A DNA stretch of 64,000 bases from Mytilus trossulus (Eukaryota). Under the pieces are notes generated by a model. It worked only from the letters and a program-made list of their open reading frames with translations. It had not been told where the DNA came from and searched no databases. Below are positions 15,031-29,851 of this stretch, piece by piece; positions within the stretch are counted from its first letter, which is position 1, and each line of letters opens with the position of its first letter. The translations under genes and the position numbers were made by a program. The DNA lies in contig NC_086373.1 in assembly GCF_036588685.1 (NCBI RefSeq), positions 91,574,001 through 91,638,000 of the forward strand. Direction: 5' to 3'.

Positions 15031-18000
15031 TAAAGGTCCACTCTGGTTAATGAAAATAGATATGCTTCTAGTCTAAGTTCCATTTTTGGATATAAAAATG
15101 TTATGTCTACGTCAGTGTAGATATTTTCGGATGACGTTTCTGTACTTTGAATATACTGCACTTTTATTATACACTAAAACAATCAATTCATTAGTTACTT
15201 TGGCATGGATAATACATAACATTGCCAATCTAAATAGATGTCTATACAAGTATTACTTTCATCACGCTTAATCTTGACTACAGTATTTGTTATAACGATG
15301 AAAAAGGCCTTCATTGATAGTATTGTAGTAACTTCCTTTTAACAATAAAACATTATTATAATAACAACAATCGCTAGTTTTCAAAATGTTTGAAATATAA
15401 TATTTCCTTTAATTCATACTGCACTCAATCATCTCACTGACATAATAAAAGTAATTCGGTTACCACCAAGCACAAAGGGACACTTACCACGTGTGTTATA
15501 AAGAATGTGCAAAATGTAACCAAGACATTGGTGACTCACAAAGAGACTTCTAACTGAAAAGACCGCTCCTTCACCGACACAGTCTGATTTCAGTTGTTTT
15601 TTCTTCTTCATATAGTTTACATCTTATATATAGTGGTACTGTTCGAGGCACGTTAAATAATCTTGATAAAACATGCCGAAGCACTTCAATATACCAACAT
15701 ATTTGGTTGCAGTCTGGTATTGATGTAACTTTGAATGGATGAAGTGAAGTAACTATAACGTATGAAATACTATTTATTTGGGGTTTGTTCACACATGTGC
15801 ATGTTTATACATAAATATGTGTAAATTAATTTTACATTTTCTCTGTAAATATGAAATGTATATTATGACAATAAAGTTCATTCATTTATTTGATTCATAT
15901 TTTGACATTGATCTGCATCATTTAATTCAATCGCCGAGTGTATTATGCTTTTGCCATAACAATATGACTATACCTTGTCTTACACAAATCCCCTAGTTAT
16001 TTTTTTTCACTCAATCATTATGGATTTTTTAAGTCTGCTTCTCTTATCCTTCAATTTTACTGCAATATTTTGTTTTAAAAGAATTGTTCCTTTTACATAT
16101 AAAAAAAGTCAAACAAACCATGACATCTTTCACAAAAATGTTGAATTTCATCGTTCAGTCGATTTTACATTATATGATAAAAGCATATAAATTTATAAAT
16201 GCTATATATAGATTTCCATAAAGACAAGATGTGGTATATGATTGACAACAAGACACCTTTCTATATATACCTAACACTCAATGACGAAGACCTTATCATA
16301 TTTGACGAAGCTAAGATTGGGTTCTGTAAAGTCAGTGTTTCTGTACTGAAACAATTTATAACAGACTTGTCTTACATAATTTTGTCTATTGATAAATTTA
16401 GAAGCTTTAGAAGAAATAATGGTTTCAACTCCCTTAAGAAAATTTTAATTTTATATTGCTTTGAGTTTGAGTTTAGCTGGAAAGTATATCAATGCTGAAA
16501 CGTGTTAAGACGCACTAAAGTTATAGTGAGTTATTTCAATATGTAATAATACTTCAACCATAGCTTAATCTGAAAGGCTAAGTGGAAGATGTAATAGCAG
16601 ATATAACAGGACTAATTTACCTAGAAGATAAGAAAATATGATAAAAATATTACGTTTAATCTGTTTGACACTGTCTGCAGGAGCATGATACATTGTTGGA
16701 ACCCACAGATGCTCCAATTTTTAAATATTGAATTCAACCTGCTGACATTTTCAAATGGTTTGAACTTGATCAATCCAGTAAGGATATACAGCAAAAAAAG
16801 CAGAATATATATTAAAGAAAGTTTGATAAAAATGAAAGTAGGGCGTGTATAATAAAAAGTGTAAACCGAAAGTTTTCTGAGCTTTTACCTTTCTTATTTT
16901 TTTTGTTATGTTTTTGCCTTGAAAACATTTATATGATTGTTTGGATTTAATTCAAACTTTATGTGGTAATATGGTTACACTATATGAGAAAAAAGTAGTC
17001 CTTTTATTAGATATTTCTTAATATTATGTACATAAACAAGTAACAGCTGTATTAAGAAATGGAAAGTCACTGCCCTATTGATTTAAATGTATTTTTCATT
17101 AAGAGAACATAGCGATTAAAATGCTATTGTGAATCCTACGGTTCAAGAAAGGAAGATTTATCCTTTTTTTTTGCTAGAGATGCAATTAACACCCAGCCGT
17201 TACAATTTATATGTAATATATTGTATAGTAAGGGTTACATTTTATTCCAAGTCAAATGACGGTCAAATTCTTAAGGAATACAAATGTAGTTTCGTACAAT
17301 TAAGTTGGGTTTTTTAAAATTTATTTTTGAAAATAAAAAATAAAAAACAAATGACGAAAACATTGTATTCATTAAAGAGAACGACAAAAAAGGACTCGAA
17401 CGAAAATTGTCTGGTAACAACTGTGAATGATATAAGTGTTAATGTCTGGCAACGATTTGTCGTAACCTTCGCACAAATGATCCCAAAAGGGTCGTATTGA
17501 CGAGACACGAAGGAGAAAAAAGATATATAGACATATAAAAAAAAACTTTATTTATCAGACATATTACGAACAACTGTAGTACTTTTAAAGAAAAAAAAAA
17601 TAACTGATTAATCTATATGATGTAAAACTGTAATTTTATAAATTGTGGGTGCTACGCTTTGTTCTGGATTTACCTTCTGTTAGGATCTTTAAAACCAAAA
17701 CATTTAAAAACCCACCCATGGATGTATAAAACATACATAGAAACGAAAGAGCTAAAAAGTCATGACCACATGCAGCTAAGGTCAACTTGACCTGAGGGAG
17801 TTGCATGCGACGTTTTCTTTAGTGATTTTTTAAAACTTTATTAACATAATATTTCCGTAATAGTATACCCATGGAAGTAATATGACAGCTGCCAACAGTC
17901 CTTGTGATCTTGAGATAGTACCATACGTTTGAACGTATTTACATATCCCTGGATTTCAAACGTATTATGAATGTAAAGTGTGTATTTCATTTACTATAGC

Positions 18001-20377
18001 GCTAGGTGGTATTGCTGCTGTTGGACTATGTATGAGTTTATCATGGAATAATCGGCGCAGAAGCCAGTGCTTAAGTTCGGATATGATTTATAATACATGT
18101 ATGTTCATATTTTAAAGTCACTGTTTATATATAGAACAAGAAATTATTAAGAAGCTTAGGTTCAAGCTCCCTCAGGCAAAGTTTGCATTATAGATGAGTT
18201 TTGATTATTCTATTTATAGGTCTTTCATGTCATTGCTTTAATAAATCGTTGAAAATACAGCTAAGGACTAATGATGTTGGGAAGCGGAAGTTACGAAGAC
18301 TACACGTACCAAAGGATTTTTCCACATCACCATTTTTAAACTGTCATATTATTCGTGTTTCAACTGGATCAGACAAAACACATATAACCTTGAACAATTT
18401 ATAGCTAATTATACGGAGCCATATCTATATTAAAAACAATTTACAATATCTCTATTCCCTGTGGTGATTGTATAGTTTAATTTATTTTTTAATAATAGCT
18501 CAATACTACAATAATCAGTCTGTTTAACCTTGAATAGTAACGATGTACTAAGAGTACAGTCTGTGATGTTGTGTCATTGAACTTATTAAAAACTTGTAAA
18601 ACATACTGCATAAAGATGACGTATCGTTATACTCAGACAGATAATAAGCCCAATCCATGCAGAAAGAAGTAATATAGTCTTTATGAATATATTAAATAGA
18701 TATACATATACAATGTATGTATCTTTGTGTGTATGTTAAAATTAAGATTTTACTATATGCATCGATCACATTCATTGGTAAATCTACATCTTACTTCATT
18801 AAACAATCAGGTTCGTTGGTCAAGTATGATATATCTAACATTTCCAAACAACGCGAGGTTTGGCTAGCCACAAAACCAAAGTTTAACACAACTTATTTTC
18901 TTAAGTTTAAAATGTCCTGTACAAAGTCAGGAATATGGCAGTTGTTGTTTTCTAATAGTTCGATTCTATGTATGTTGCACTTCAGTGTTTATGTTGTTTC
19001 GTTGTTTTCCTCTCGTAGTTGGTGTGTTTTCCCCGGTTTCGGTTTGTAACCCGGATTTGTTTTCTCCAATCGATTTATATCTTTTTGAACAGCGGTATCA
19101 CACTGTTTCTTTTATGCAATGCATATTCAATCATCAGAAGAAATTATAAACTTGAACTTCTAATTAAAGACACTATATATAAATACTTAATTTTCAGCTC
19201 CTATATTTCATTTAGAAACTTGGAGCTTTGACAGGTGTGTTTCAATTTGATATTTTTTAAAAGAGATCAAGTTTTGATTTAAAACTCAAAATTTTAAAAC
19301 GTTTTGCATATATATTTATGAGTTAATAACTTTTTGAATACAAAAATCTTGAATATGCATGAAATATCAGCTACTTGAGTCAAGCATTAAAAACCTAAAA
19401 GGTATAGACAGGTTGACCTTTTTTTTTATATCTCTATTGACATGATCCCTGATAGAAAGTTGTCTCGCTTGAAATCAAATAACATCATTTCGTATGTAAA
19501 AGTATCACCTTGCGCATTGTATGTTGATATTATGCTCATTCCTTTCATGCTTCGTTGATATTTAGGCAATTTATTTAAGAGATTTAAGACAGAAATACAT
19601 TTTTGTAGAAATAGACTCTGGTGTGAAGTAAACAAAATTTGGAAAATTAGGAAACCCTTCCACTTTGATCAATATGTTTGGTATGTGTTGAAGCCGATGG
19701 AAAATAACCATTTTTGGAAAATTATACTTAATATGTGTATGCACGAAACATTGTTGTTGTTTAGATATGATATTGTTATGCGCACACGTGACCGTGATAA
19801 AGTTGTTAAAGATAAGATATCGTTAAGCGCACACATGAACGTGATCCACTACGAACTTCCTGGTTTATAGCCTTTTAAAAATTTAATAATGGATAATATA
19901 AGTAAATGAATACATTTAAAATCACAAGATATCCTACTTTATCCGAACTTTACGGTCACAATTCGAGACAAACGTCATACTTATAGATGTTTGTAATAAA
20001 CACATCAACTTATCATTTATTCAGTAACATATAAAATAAAACTGGTTAAAGAAAAAGAGTAACATATTTCATTTTAAATTTGTACAATTTATTCATTGTT
20101 ATTTAATATTAAATAATGCTTGTAGAATTGAACTAAACATAATGTAACGACGACCTAAGGCATCTTACTTTTATCAGACACGAATCCTAAGTGCGAAGAG
20201 TGAAACCATTCATTATCTTTGAATGCATTTTTTAACATTTGCGAACTAAACGCAAAATGACTAATATGGTTTATTGATACCATTTACCGTCTAATGTAAT
20301 ATAAGTTCGTAATATATAGGACAAATGAAAATATGCATTCAGGCACATCTTCGTAGTTAATAATGCAATCATTTTTA

Positions 20378-20757
20378 AGCTTTGTGTAAACTGGTGAACA
20401 TATTGCAGAACATCAATAATGATGCAATATTAACCGTTTTAGTCTTTGTGCAATTAATGAACATGCTTAGAACATCATTAATGATGCAACCTTTTTCCGT
20501 GTTTGTGTATAATAATGAACATGCTTAGAACAGCATTAATGATGCAATATTAACCGTATTAGTCTTTGTGTAAAATTATGAATATTTATTCGGAAGAACA
20601 TCATTAATGATGCAATATTAACTGCTTTTTTTTTTAGTCCTTGTGTAAACTGGTGAACATTCGGTAGAACAACATTAATGATGCACTATTAACCGATTTA
20701 GTCTTTAAGCTAAATAATGAACATGCTCCAGAACACCATTAGTGATACACTAGTTAC
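20378..20757. repeat. Degenerate ~60-bp tandem repeat, ~6 copies
   Basis: Recurring CTTTGTGTAAA..TGAACAT..AGAACATCATTAATGATGCAATATTAACCG. Confidence 0.85.
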
Positions 20758-22922
20758 CATTGTCTTATTTTGATTAAGTGCTGTATATACTATAGCAAAT
20801 AACGTAAATTAACGTTCAATGTAATTTGATAAAACGAGTACACCGTGCACTGAGTTTTAGTTATGTACATGACTACGTGATGTAATCTAGCCTTATGCAT
20901 AACACCAAAACAAAGCGTATAAATGGAAACATTGAGATATTTTAGGTATAAGATAACTATAAATAGAATCGTTAACTCATTCGGTCGTTTTCGTATATTG
21001 CTTAATACCTACTGATAGATGTAAGGTTGAAAGTTTATGCGAATTTATGAATTTACCACCAAGCTGATTAATAATTAAAAGAGGAATTTATATTGCTCAT
21101 TGAAAAAAAGGTGCTTGTCAAAATGCTGATACCCTATACAAAATGCCTCCAAACTCTATGTCCGACTCTTAGTACGACATTTACCAGTTTATTCTATCAT
21201 GCTGATTTGTCACTGTGTTTCTGATTGCCATTACAATACAATTGATTTTTCAAACGCGTACACCATATTTTGATCTTTGTTACCTTTGGCACCTGCCGTA
21301 CCGATAGCCGTTAATATTGTGTGGTCTACAAAGTTATACAATGTGTTCAAAACATACAAATCCATAAATAACCTATATATTATGTAGTTATGATGGAAAG
21401 GTGTATGGTTCAGGGTAGTAATACGCATCGGAGGATGTTAAGTGAACATGACAGAATGAAGCCAATAATTGTCGTGACAATCAAATACACAGGGCGCTGA
21501 AGTCGAGGCGACTAACAAGGCCAGCTCATATTTCGGCGATTCGATTCAGTTTCAACTCGGCACCTTTTAATCGCCGTTCTCTTCCATATTTTAACGGGTT
21601 ATAAGTATCAGAAATAACATATTCGCCTGGTTTAAAAAGTGGCCACATGATATGGCAGAGAAAACAACACACCACATTGTTATAGATTCAGCACATACAA
21701 TAAAATTTCATTAATATGGCGCTAACATAAAAATGTGAATTCAAAGATATTAAAACTCTACACAATATTAGGTATCAACAACTTTTCTATAGCTGTATTT
21801 GATTATCGTACAATTGATGTAGGTTCTAATCGATATTGGTTGATTGGATGTCGAGACAATGGAAAACGTAAAAACAGATCTAAAAAGCATTGTGGGTGAA
21901 TAACCGATGGATGCAAAAATCAATATTGGTCTTTTAATTTCTCACAGGGTTATAAAGTGTGATTTAACTTTTCCCACGCAACAAAATATAATAGCGTAAA
22001 AAATAAAGAAAAGAAATTAAAAATTAATGTAAATGAACTATGTCAATTGTTGGTATAATTGGTTGAATGTTGTTAAAAATATAATTAGCTCAAAACAAGT
22101 ACTAGCAAAGAGGTAGAAACATAGAACACAATATGTTGTTAAACCTACTTGACCCAAATAAGGCAGCTATGTTCAATATACGTTATGTAATTCATATACT
22201 CACACATATTCAATATTTATTATATATTGTTTCTATGGTACCCAAACGATCACATATTTATATACATATATATATATAAACAATATTACTTAGCGTTATG
22301 GTTAGTGTATAAATGTTAAATGGTCACTTTGGGGTCATACATAACTTATTGTTTGTTATGTAGTAACTTAGTATTAAGGGATTAGTATTGAAAGGTCATA
22401 CTAAGGGCTACTTGTATTGAAGCGATTAGACAAATGCCAGTGATGGAATTCTTACTTGTACTAGTCCATAGAGGTCATATTGATTATTACCAGGTGTCTA
22501 ATTGTGATTGCCAAGGTCTCTTGTCTAAAACTTGTGCACTTAGTCTGATACCTTGAATGATTTTCAGACTATTTGATTGTGCCAATAATAATATTTTATA
22601 ATTGAAATGTATAAATGCATCATCTTACGACTTTTTGTTAAACAGCGATGAGCAAGGTAGTACACCAACACAAAATAAAATTAAAATAAAAACAAACAAA
22701 TTTTAATAACAATCTAAACCAAAGTCTAGTGTCAACGTATATTTGTTCCGCCTAACAGATGTTTCACTGGACACTATTTTTTAAAAAATGACATAAAATT
22801 TGTTCCTGTTGGAAAAAAATATTCTTTACCATTTATTCAGTAAGAAACATATACTGTAATATTTGTTCCATGGGGAAATAAGATACCAATAGTTATCAAA
22901 GGTACCAGGATTATAATTTAAA

Positions 22923-22966
22923 ACGCCAGACGCGCGTTTCGTCTACATAAGACTCATCAGTGACGC
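22923..22966 (-). ncRNA. Type I hammerhead ribozyme (unit 1)
   Basis: Minus strand: GCGUCA CUGAUGA GUCU uaugu AGAC GAAA CGCGCG UC^ UGGCGU. Intact core, stems I and II, palindromic stem III (ACGCGCGU), GUC cleavage triplet. Confidence 0.92.
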
Positions 22967-23280
22967 TCAGACCAAAAACAGTTAAAATGCCAAACAAATA
23001 CAAAGTTGAAGAGCATTGAGGATCCAAAAATTCCTAAAAGTTGTGCCAAATACGGCTAAGGTAATCTACTCCTGGGCGTAAGAAAATCCTTAGTTTTTCG
23101 AAAAATTCAAAGTTTTGTAAACAGAAAATTTATAGAAATGACCATATAATTGATATTCATGTCAACACCGAAGTGCTGACTACTGGGCTGGTGATACCCT
23201 CGGGGACGAAACGTCCACCAGCAGTGGCATCGACCCAGTGGTGTAAATAGTTATCAAAGGTACCAGGATTATAATTTAAA

Positions 23281-23324
23281 ACGCCAGACGCGCGTTTCGT
23301 CTACATAAGACTCATCAGTGACGC
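23281..23324 (-). ncRNA. Type I hammerhead ribozyme (unit 2)
   Basis: Identical to the unit 1 motif. Confidence 0.92.
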
Positions 23325-23637
23325 TCAGATTAAAACAGTTAAAATGCCAAACAAATACAAAGTTGAAGAGCATTGAGAATCCAAAAATTCCTAAAAGTTG
23401 TGCCAAATACGGCTAAGGTAATCTACTCCTGGGCGTAAGAAAATCCTTAGTTTTTCGAAAAATTCAAAGTTTTGTAAACAGAAAATTTATAGAAATGACC
23501 ATATAATTGATATTCATGTCAACACCGAAGTGCTGACTACTGGGCTGGTGATACCCTCGGGGACGAAACGTCCACCAGCAGTGGCATCGACCCAGTGGTG
23601 TAAATAGTTATCAAAGGTACCAGGATTATAATTTAAA

Positions 23638-23681
23638 ACGCCAGACGCGCGTTTCGTCTACATAAGACTCATCAGTGACGC
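23638..23681 (-). ncRNA. Type I hammerhead ribozyme (unit 3)
   Basis: Identical to the unit 1 motif. Confidence 0.92.
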
Positions 23682-23994
23682 TCAGATCAAAACAGTTAAA
23701 ATGCCAAACAAATACAAAGTTGAAGAGCATTGAGGATCCAAAAATTCCTAAAAGTTGTGCCAAATACGGCTAAGGTAATCTACTCCTGTGCGTAAGAAAA
23801 TCCTTAGTTTTTCGAAAAATTCAAAGTTTTGTAAACAGAAAATTTATAGAAATGACCATATAATTGATATTCATGTCAACACCGAAGTGCTGACTACTGG
23901 GCTGGTGATACCCTCGGGGACGAAACGTCCACCAGCAGTGGCATTGACCCAGTGGTGTAAATAGTTATCAAAAGTACCAGGATTATAATTTAAA

Positions 23995-24038
23995 ACGCCA
24001 GACGCGCGTTTCGTCTACATAAGACTCATCAGTGACGC
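23995..24038 (-). ncRNA. Type I hammerhead ribozyme (unit 4)
   Basis: Identical to the unit 1 motif. Confidence 0.92.
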
Positions 24039-25434
24039 TCAGATCAAAACAGTGAAATGCCAAACAAATACAAAGTTGAAGAGCATTGAGGATCCAAAAA
24101 TTCCTAAAAGTTGTGCCAAATACGGCTAAGGTAATCTACTCCTGGGCGTAAGAAAATCCTTAGTTTTTCGAAAAATTCAAAGTTTTGTAAACAGAAAATT
24201 TATAGAAATGACCATATAATTGATATTCATGTCAACACCGAAGTGCTGACTACTGGGCTGGTGATACCCTCGGGGACGAAACGTCCACCAGCAGTGGCAT
24301 CGACCCAGTGGTGTAAAACCAAAACACTTTTTCCATTTGGAACTTATATTATGAAGGAACTTCTATTTCGTGACACCAGCTACCTAAACTATAATAGTTT
24401 AACCAACAGTGTTAAGTTTTTACTAAACAAACTGCTAACACTGTCTTGTTTAACGGTGTCAAAGTTGCCAGGAATTTGAAACGTGTTAGAATGACTCTTC
24501 CTTGCTCAAATTAATAGGGGTTCAATGATTATTTGACAGATATATTTAAGAAATATTGATAATAACAATTTTGAAAGTTATAAGCTTGATATTCGTTTTA
24601 TTGCTTATCAAAACCAGGACATCTCATGTCAATTAAGGACATTTTCCCACCGATCGATCTCTCGACATGTCCCTTCATAGTTTTGCGGCTTGTAAGGATT
24701 GTACGTGCAAAGTTCTTATTTACCAAATCAATTAACATTGAGTGAACTTAACCTGGTTTTACCAGGTGAAATATTTGTGTTATCTCGGGTATACATACAC
24801 ACTCTCCCAGGTAGATTAAGGTAGACATAGTCCAGGGAACAGAGTTCAAACAAATAAAAATACAAGGTGTGACATACAAATCCCTGATAAGTGGATAGAA
24901 ATATACAAGCACGAGGTATTCAAATGAAACCTTAACTTATACACATGTACGTAACACATGATCTATTTCTGGAATATCATTAATCATGGCAACTGCTTTG
25001 AGATGGTATTTAACAAACCCAATTACTGATTACATAAAACTCTAGGTGCATTAGAGACAAGTTTCCACACGATAAAGCCGGTTTGAAGAAAACAACGTGA
25101 CAGAAAAACGTAGGCGACAAATTAAATAATTAATTTCTTTGTAAGACTTTTATTTGGTAACTAAGTTGATGTTAAGACGAACCACATGGACAAACATGCA
25201 CCAAAGTGTATAACTTTAATTGTGTATAGTCTTTCTGCTCTTTCCATAAGGGCGCGAAACTGATCAATGGATTTCCCAAGCGGATTTTAACCTACTTTTT
25301 GAATGAAAACAGGTTATAGAAATTTAAATTTCATATTATGAATGAAAACCAATAAAATTTGCAAATCATAGGAGTGTCATTAACCATAACGTGTATTTAA
25401 AATTCCGTCTTGGTGCATTTGTACATATAAACAT

Positions 25435-25530
25435 CATAACATGGGTAACACGATTGGGGAATGTTCGACACAAGGATAACACATAACATGGGTAACACGA
25501 TTGGGGAATGTTCGACACAAGGACAACACA
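25435..25530. repeat. 47-bp tandem duplication
   Basis: CATAACATGGGTAACACGATTGGGGAATGTTCGACACAAGGA occurs at 25435 and 25482. Confidence 0.9.
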
Positions 25531-28500
25531 ACTGTTTCGATTATACAACTCATTATCTTTGTATAAATCCTAAATGAGTTGCATTCCAAGATTGAAATTG
25601 ATCAAAGCATTTCAGAAGAGTTACATCTTCACTGAACTACTACACATTTTTATTTAGGGACCAGGTGAGGCTCAATACAAGTGCAGGTTTTCACTCGAAT
25701 GTGTTAAATACACATTGGTGGCCTTCGTCTGTTATCTGCTCTTTGGTGGAGTTGTTGTCTCTTTGACATATTCCCCATTTCCATTCTCAGTTTTACACGT
25801 ATGATCAGACAGCTATTCTTAACAGACTGAATTATTTTGTACAGCAGTATTTGTGAACCACATATTTTCCCCACTATAAATGATCATTGTCTAAAAGAAA
25901 AAGAATTCCTCTTTGATCAAAATCATTTCTGCTAGAATGTGAATGACAAATTGTAAGAAAAGATTAATATGTGTCTGACAATGTCCGTCGTATTTTATAT
26001 ATATAATATGTATTTATAGCAAAATGTCAATAATTAGAATACAATAATTTTAGTTTTGTACAGTATGTGTTATTCGTGTATAAATATTCTAAATATAATC
26101 GTCCGAGACACATTTTGTGAGGTGGGCGTTAGATGTCCACGACGATGTACTGCAAATCTTTCTAATTCTATAATATGACATTACTACCTCCTTGTGGGTG
26201 ATGGTATCATTTATTTTAATATATCTTGCATATTATTAGGATGTCTAGTGTGTTATCATAGGTCATTTTGAAATACTGAAAACGTACACAATCTCATTCA
26301 ACCATATATTACCCGAATAACACTCCCTTCCCCTAAATATTTATATACAACTTGCCTATTTATGATATGTGGGCAGATGCAGTCGGTGTCACAGAGTCAA
26401 GGGTTCGAATCCTGCCGTGGGAAGGATAAATGAAATGTACGACCCGATTTATAAATATATTTTATAATTGACAATGTTAAGATTTGTGCAACGCCAATGT
26501 CATAAAATAGTATTATTACGAACAAGATGTAATTAAACATTATAGACAAATATTTCGACACAACAAGATGGCCTTTTTCAGTGCCAATGTTTTTAATCGA
26601 ATACATTCATAGTCCTGGTAAAAACTAATGATATTTCCCGGACAACAAATTCATACTAATTATAAACTATTCCTAAATTGTTTGTTATTGTATCCACGTT
26701 TCCCCCTGCTGTATTAACAATAAACATTCAATAATAGAGGAAGATGATCAATGCATTCCAAGAGACAACTATATCCGTCGGAACATATGGATGCAATTTC
26801 AAGATATAGATAAAGTAAATTAGTTTCATCATGTCTTTCTACAGCATGTCAGCGTAACGTAAATGTTTGTAAATGCTTTTCATATTTCTTTGGTTCCAAT
26901 GATAGAATATGACAAGTAAATTTATATATAATTGGATCTTAATCAATCATATTTTGGTAATGTTTGGATGACCGACAGATGTCCTCTTTCTCTTACAACA
27001 TTTGTTAGGTTCTTGAACGAACATTTTGACATCAAGTGCTGTCTGGTCAAAAACTTATCTTCCTCTTTTAAAACGACTGAGGTATTTGAATAGAACACTC
27101 AACTAAGAATATCAAAATTCCATTTAAAAGCTGCACACACAATTATTTTCAATTTTCACAACTTTTGGTGACCCACTTAAATCTGGCATGTTACAGAGGT
27201 TTGCTAAAGTACATCTAATTTTCAGGATGTGCTATATTTTTTAATTGATTTTGAGTAATTACACGTGGTTTGTGACAAACTTCAAACAAGTAATGAAGGA
27301 TAATGTATCTATTCCATCCAATTTTCTGGATGTGATAATTGTAAAAATTCATATTTATTACAACTACGCACAAGTGTAAAGTTATATAATTACTTTGTTA
27401 ATAATTAATTGCTGCACGCCATCATTGTGTACCTGCATTACCAGCGTGATGTGGTATGACGTCAACTGAACATTGAATTCAATTTCAGACAGTCAGTAAA
27501 AAAACAACAAAGGACTCAATTTAAGACAACAACAACAAAAAAATGAATCCAATTCAAGACAACATAGACTAAACAAAATCAGTAAAACATTTGGTTTACT
27601 AACAAACCAAGCTGTTAATTTCTATGTCATTTTGGTCTCGTGTGGAAGGTTGTGTCACTGGCAGTCATACCACATCTTAATTCTTATTTATATATATATA
27701 TATATATATAAAGCAAAAAAATATGAAGATGTCTAAATCTTGAATACAAGGTTTAAGCCAGCCAACATGTTCATGTAATTGCCCAAGTAAATACAACATC
27801 GTGCCAATCACAGTGTTTTTTGTCACATCTTTTAAAGGTTTTGTTGCCAATGAAAAGTCTTCATTTTATTTTAGATTATTCCACTTTTAACCTTTTAAAG
27901 TTATAGTCTTTAATTTTTTCTTAGAAAATTGTGATATTCAGATAATGAATTGTATGCATGGTATTATGAAGGAAATTGCTTTCTGTTTCTGATCGATTTT
28001 GATTGTATCGTTACATAATGATCACCTTTGAATAATGATAAAAAAGAATTTACTAATATGCTGTCATTTTAATTCACAATGCGATATAGTGAATGTTCAA
28101 TTTTAGTCAGCCTCACTGTTATCGATTCAAATTTATGACTTATTTCTATCAAAAAATGAAAAAAATGCGGTTTCTAGACGACATAGAAAGCTACACAACC
28201 CACCATTATATCAAAACAATCTCCATTTCCATTGTGTAATTGAATGAAAATAACGCAGTGGGTTGAAACCACAAATAAAAAGGGCACAATGTCTTCAAAC
28301 ATCTAAAATAAAAACTATATGATTATATAGTTTCATATCAAAATAAAATTGTGTATCATCATTGAGTAGAAATATTAGATCAAAAGATTGCAAATTTATT
28401 ATAACAGTTGAAATGTCGGGAACACCTTTGAGCACGAAATCAAGTGAGAAGGTTTTATTTTTCAATTATTTTCAAAATATATTATTCAATGTTAAAATAA

Positions 28501-29287
28501 CAGCTGTTTCATGCTAGATTTTGAAAATTTATTTAGGTTTTGGGCTTAAAAGACTAATACTATCCCTTTCCCTTTGTCTGAATACCAGCTGATGCACAAA
28601 AAAGATTTGTCAAAAAATAATTATTAGCAATCATTACATAAAGGAAAGAGGTTTACTGCATGTATTTCATGGGTAACAACTGTTAACAGTTCCAGTCAAC
28701 GAGTAGGCTGTCTTCCTGTGTGTTTGAAACCTCAAATGGATTATTCCCAGTCTTTCATTCTTGCATGAGCATGCTATTAATCCCGACAGCTTGTAGTGAT
28801 TTAATCAGTCTTTTAATAATTTAAACCTAGCGACAGACATCTGCACTCTTAAGAACTTATTTAACTAATGAACATACAAATAAAGGATTATATATGTTAT
28901 TGTAATCCATTTCTGCAGTCCTTGCACACTGAAATCGGGTGCAAACATAACATATTTGTGGTGTCGAGTAAGAAATTTAATAGCTCAAGCTAATGTATAA
29001 TACACCTACGACAAAACAGGTTTTATTAATTCTAGCGTCTTTCTTTTAAATGCGAATATGAAATATTTGTGGTTAAACGGGATTTAAATTGAAGCTTATC
29101 AAAACATTTTTCGTTCTTCAATGCATGGTTGAGACAAGTTGCGTCATGATAAATATTTTTTTTGTAAAATATACGTATGTACAATGTTGAATTGAGTTAA
29201 TAGGCAGATAAAAATATTAACATATAGTTGCACAGTTATTCATTAGAAAGAAAACCGAGAAGTTCGTTTCTTTTCACTTGTTTGCTT

Positions 29288-29548
29288 TTAGTGTGAATTC
29301 ACATTACTATAAGACGTGTCACGGTACTTTTCTATCTCAAATTCATGTATTTGGTTTTGATGTTATATTTGTTATTCTCATCGGATTTTGTCTAGTGCTT
29401 AGTCCGTTTCTGTGTGTGTTACATTTTAATGTTGTGTCGTTGTTCTCTTATATTTAATGCGTTTCCCTCAGTGTTAGTTTGTTACCCCGATTTTTTTTCT
29501 ATAGATTTACGAGTTTTGAACAGCGGTATACTACTGTTGCCTTTATTT
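29288..29548 (+). repeat. Dispersed repeat (other copies ~51358-51625 and partial ~18960-19115)
   Basis: Colinear ~260-bp similarity from TTAGTGTGAATTCACATT...AAGACGTGTCACGGTACTT to GAACAGCGGTATACTACTGTTGCCTTTATTT. Confidence 0.85.
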
Positions 29549-29851
29549 ATCCTATTCATACTGAGAATATTACAAATTGAAAAACTCATATTTTTCTTAT
29601 TGCAATTGTCCCAGGATTTAGCTGTTGGGTTTTGTTGGTTGTCTTAATTTTGTTTCATTATCTGAAGTGTTCTGAAGGCTATTGCTATATTTTAAATTTT
29701 AATTGTGTATGACTTAAATTTCAGATAGTAAAACAATATGGAGAGACATCTTCGTCTCAGAACGCTATTGAAAAGTCTGTTTTCTTTTGTATGTTAGGAA
29801 AAAAGCAAACCAGCCCTGTATACACATGGTAGCAGTACATTTTAGTCGTTA

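Larger units (their letters stand above)
22890..24317 (-). mobile_element. Non-LTR retrozyme: tandem array of four ~357-bp units, each with a type I hammerhead ribozyme
   Basis: Four near-identical units of 356-358 bp (TAGTTATCAAAGG...GTGGTGTAAA), flanked by ACCAA at 22885-22889 and 24318-24322. Each unit carries a hammerhead core on the minus strand. Confidence 0.9.

Noticed and set aside
23188-23222. Plus-strand hammerhead-like string CTGGTGA...GAAACGTC in the retrozyme unit
   Set aside because: The core deviates (CUGGUGA, no G-C pair closing stem II) and CTGGTG is sequestered by CACCAG; better explained by the pseudoknot domain.
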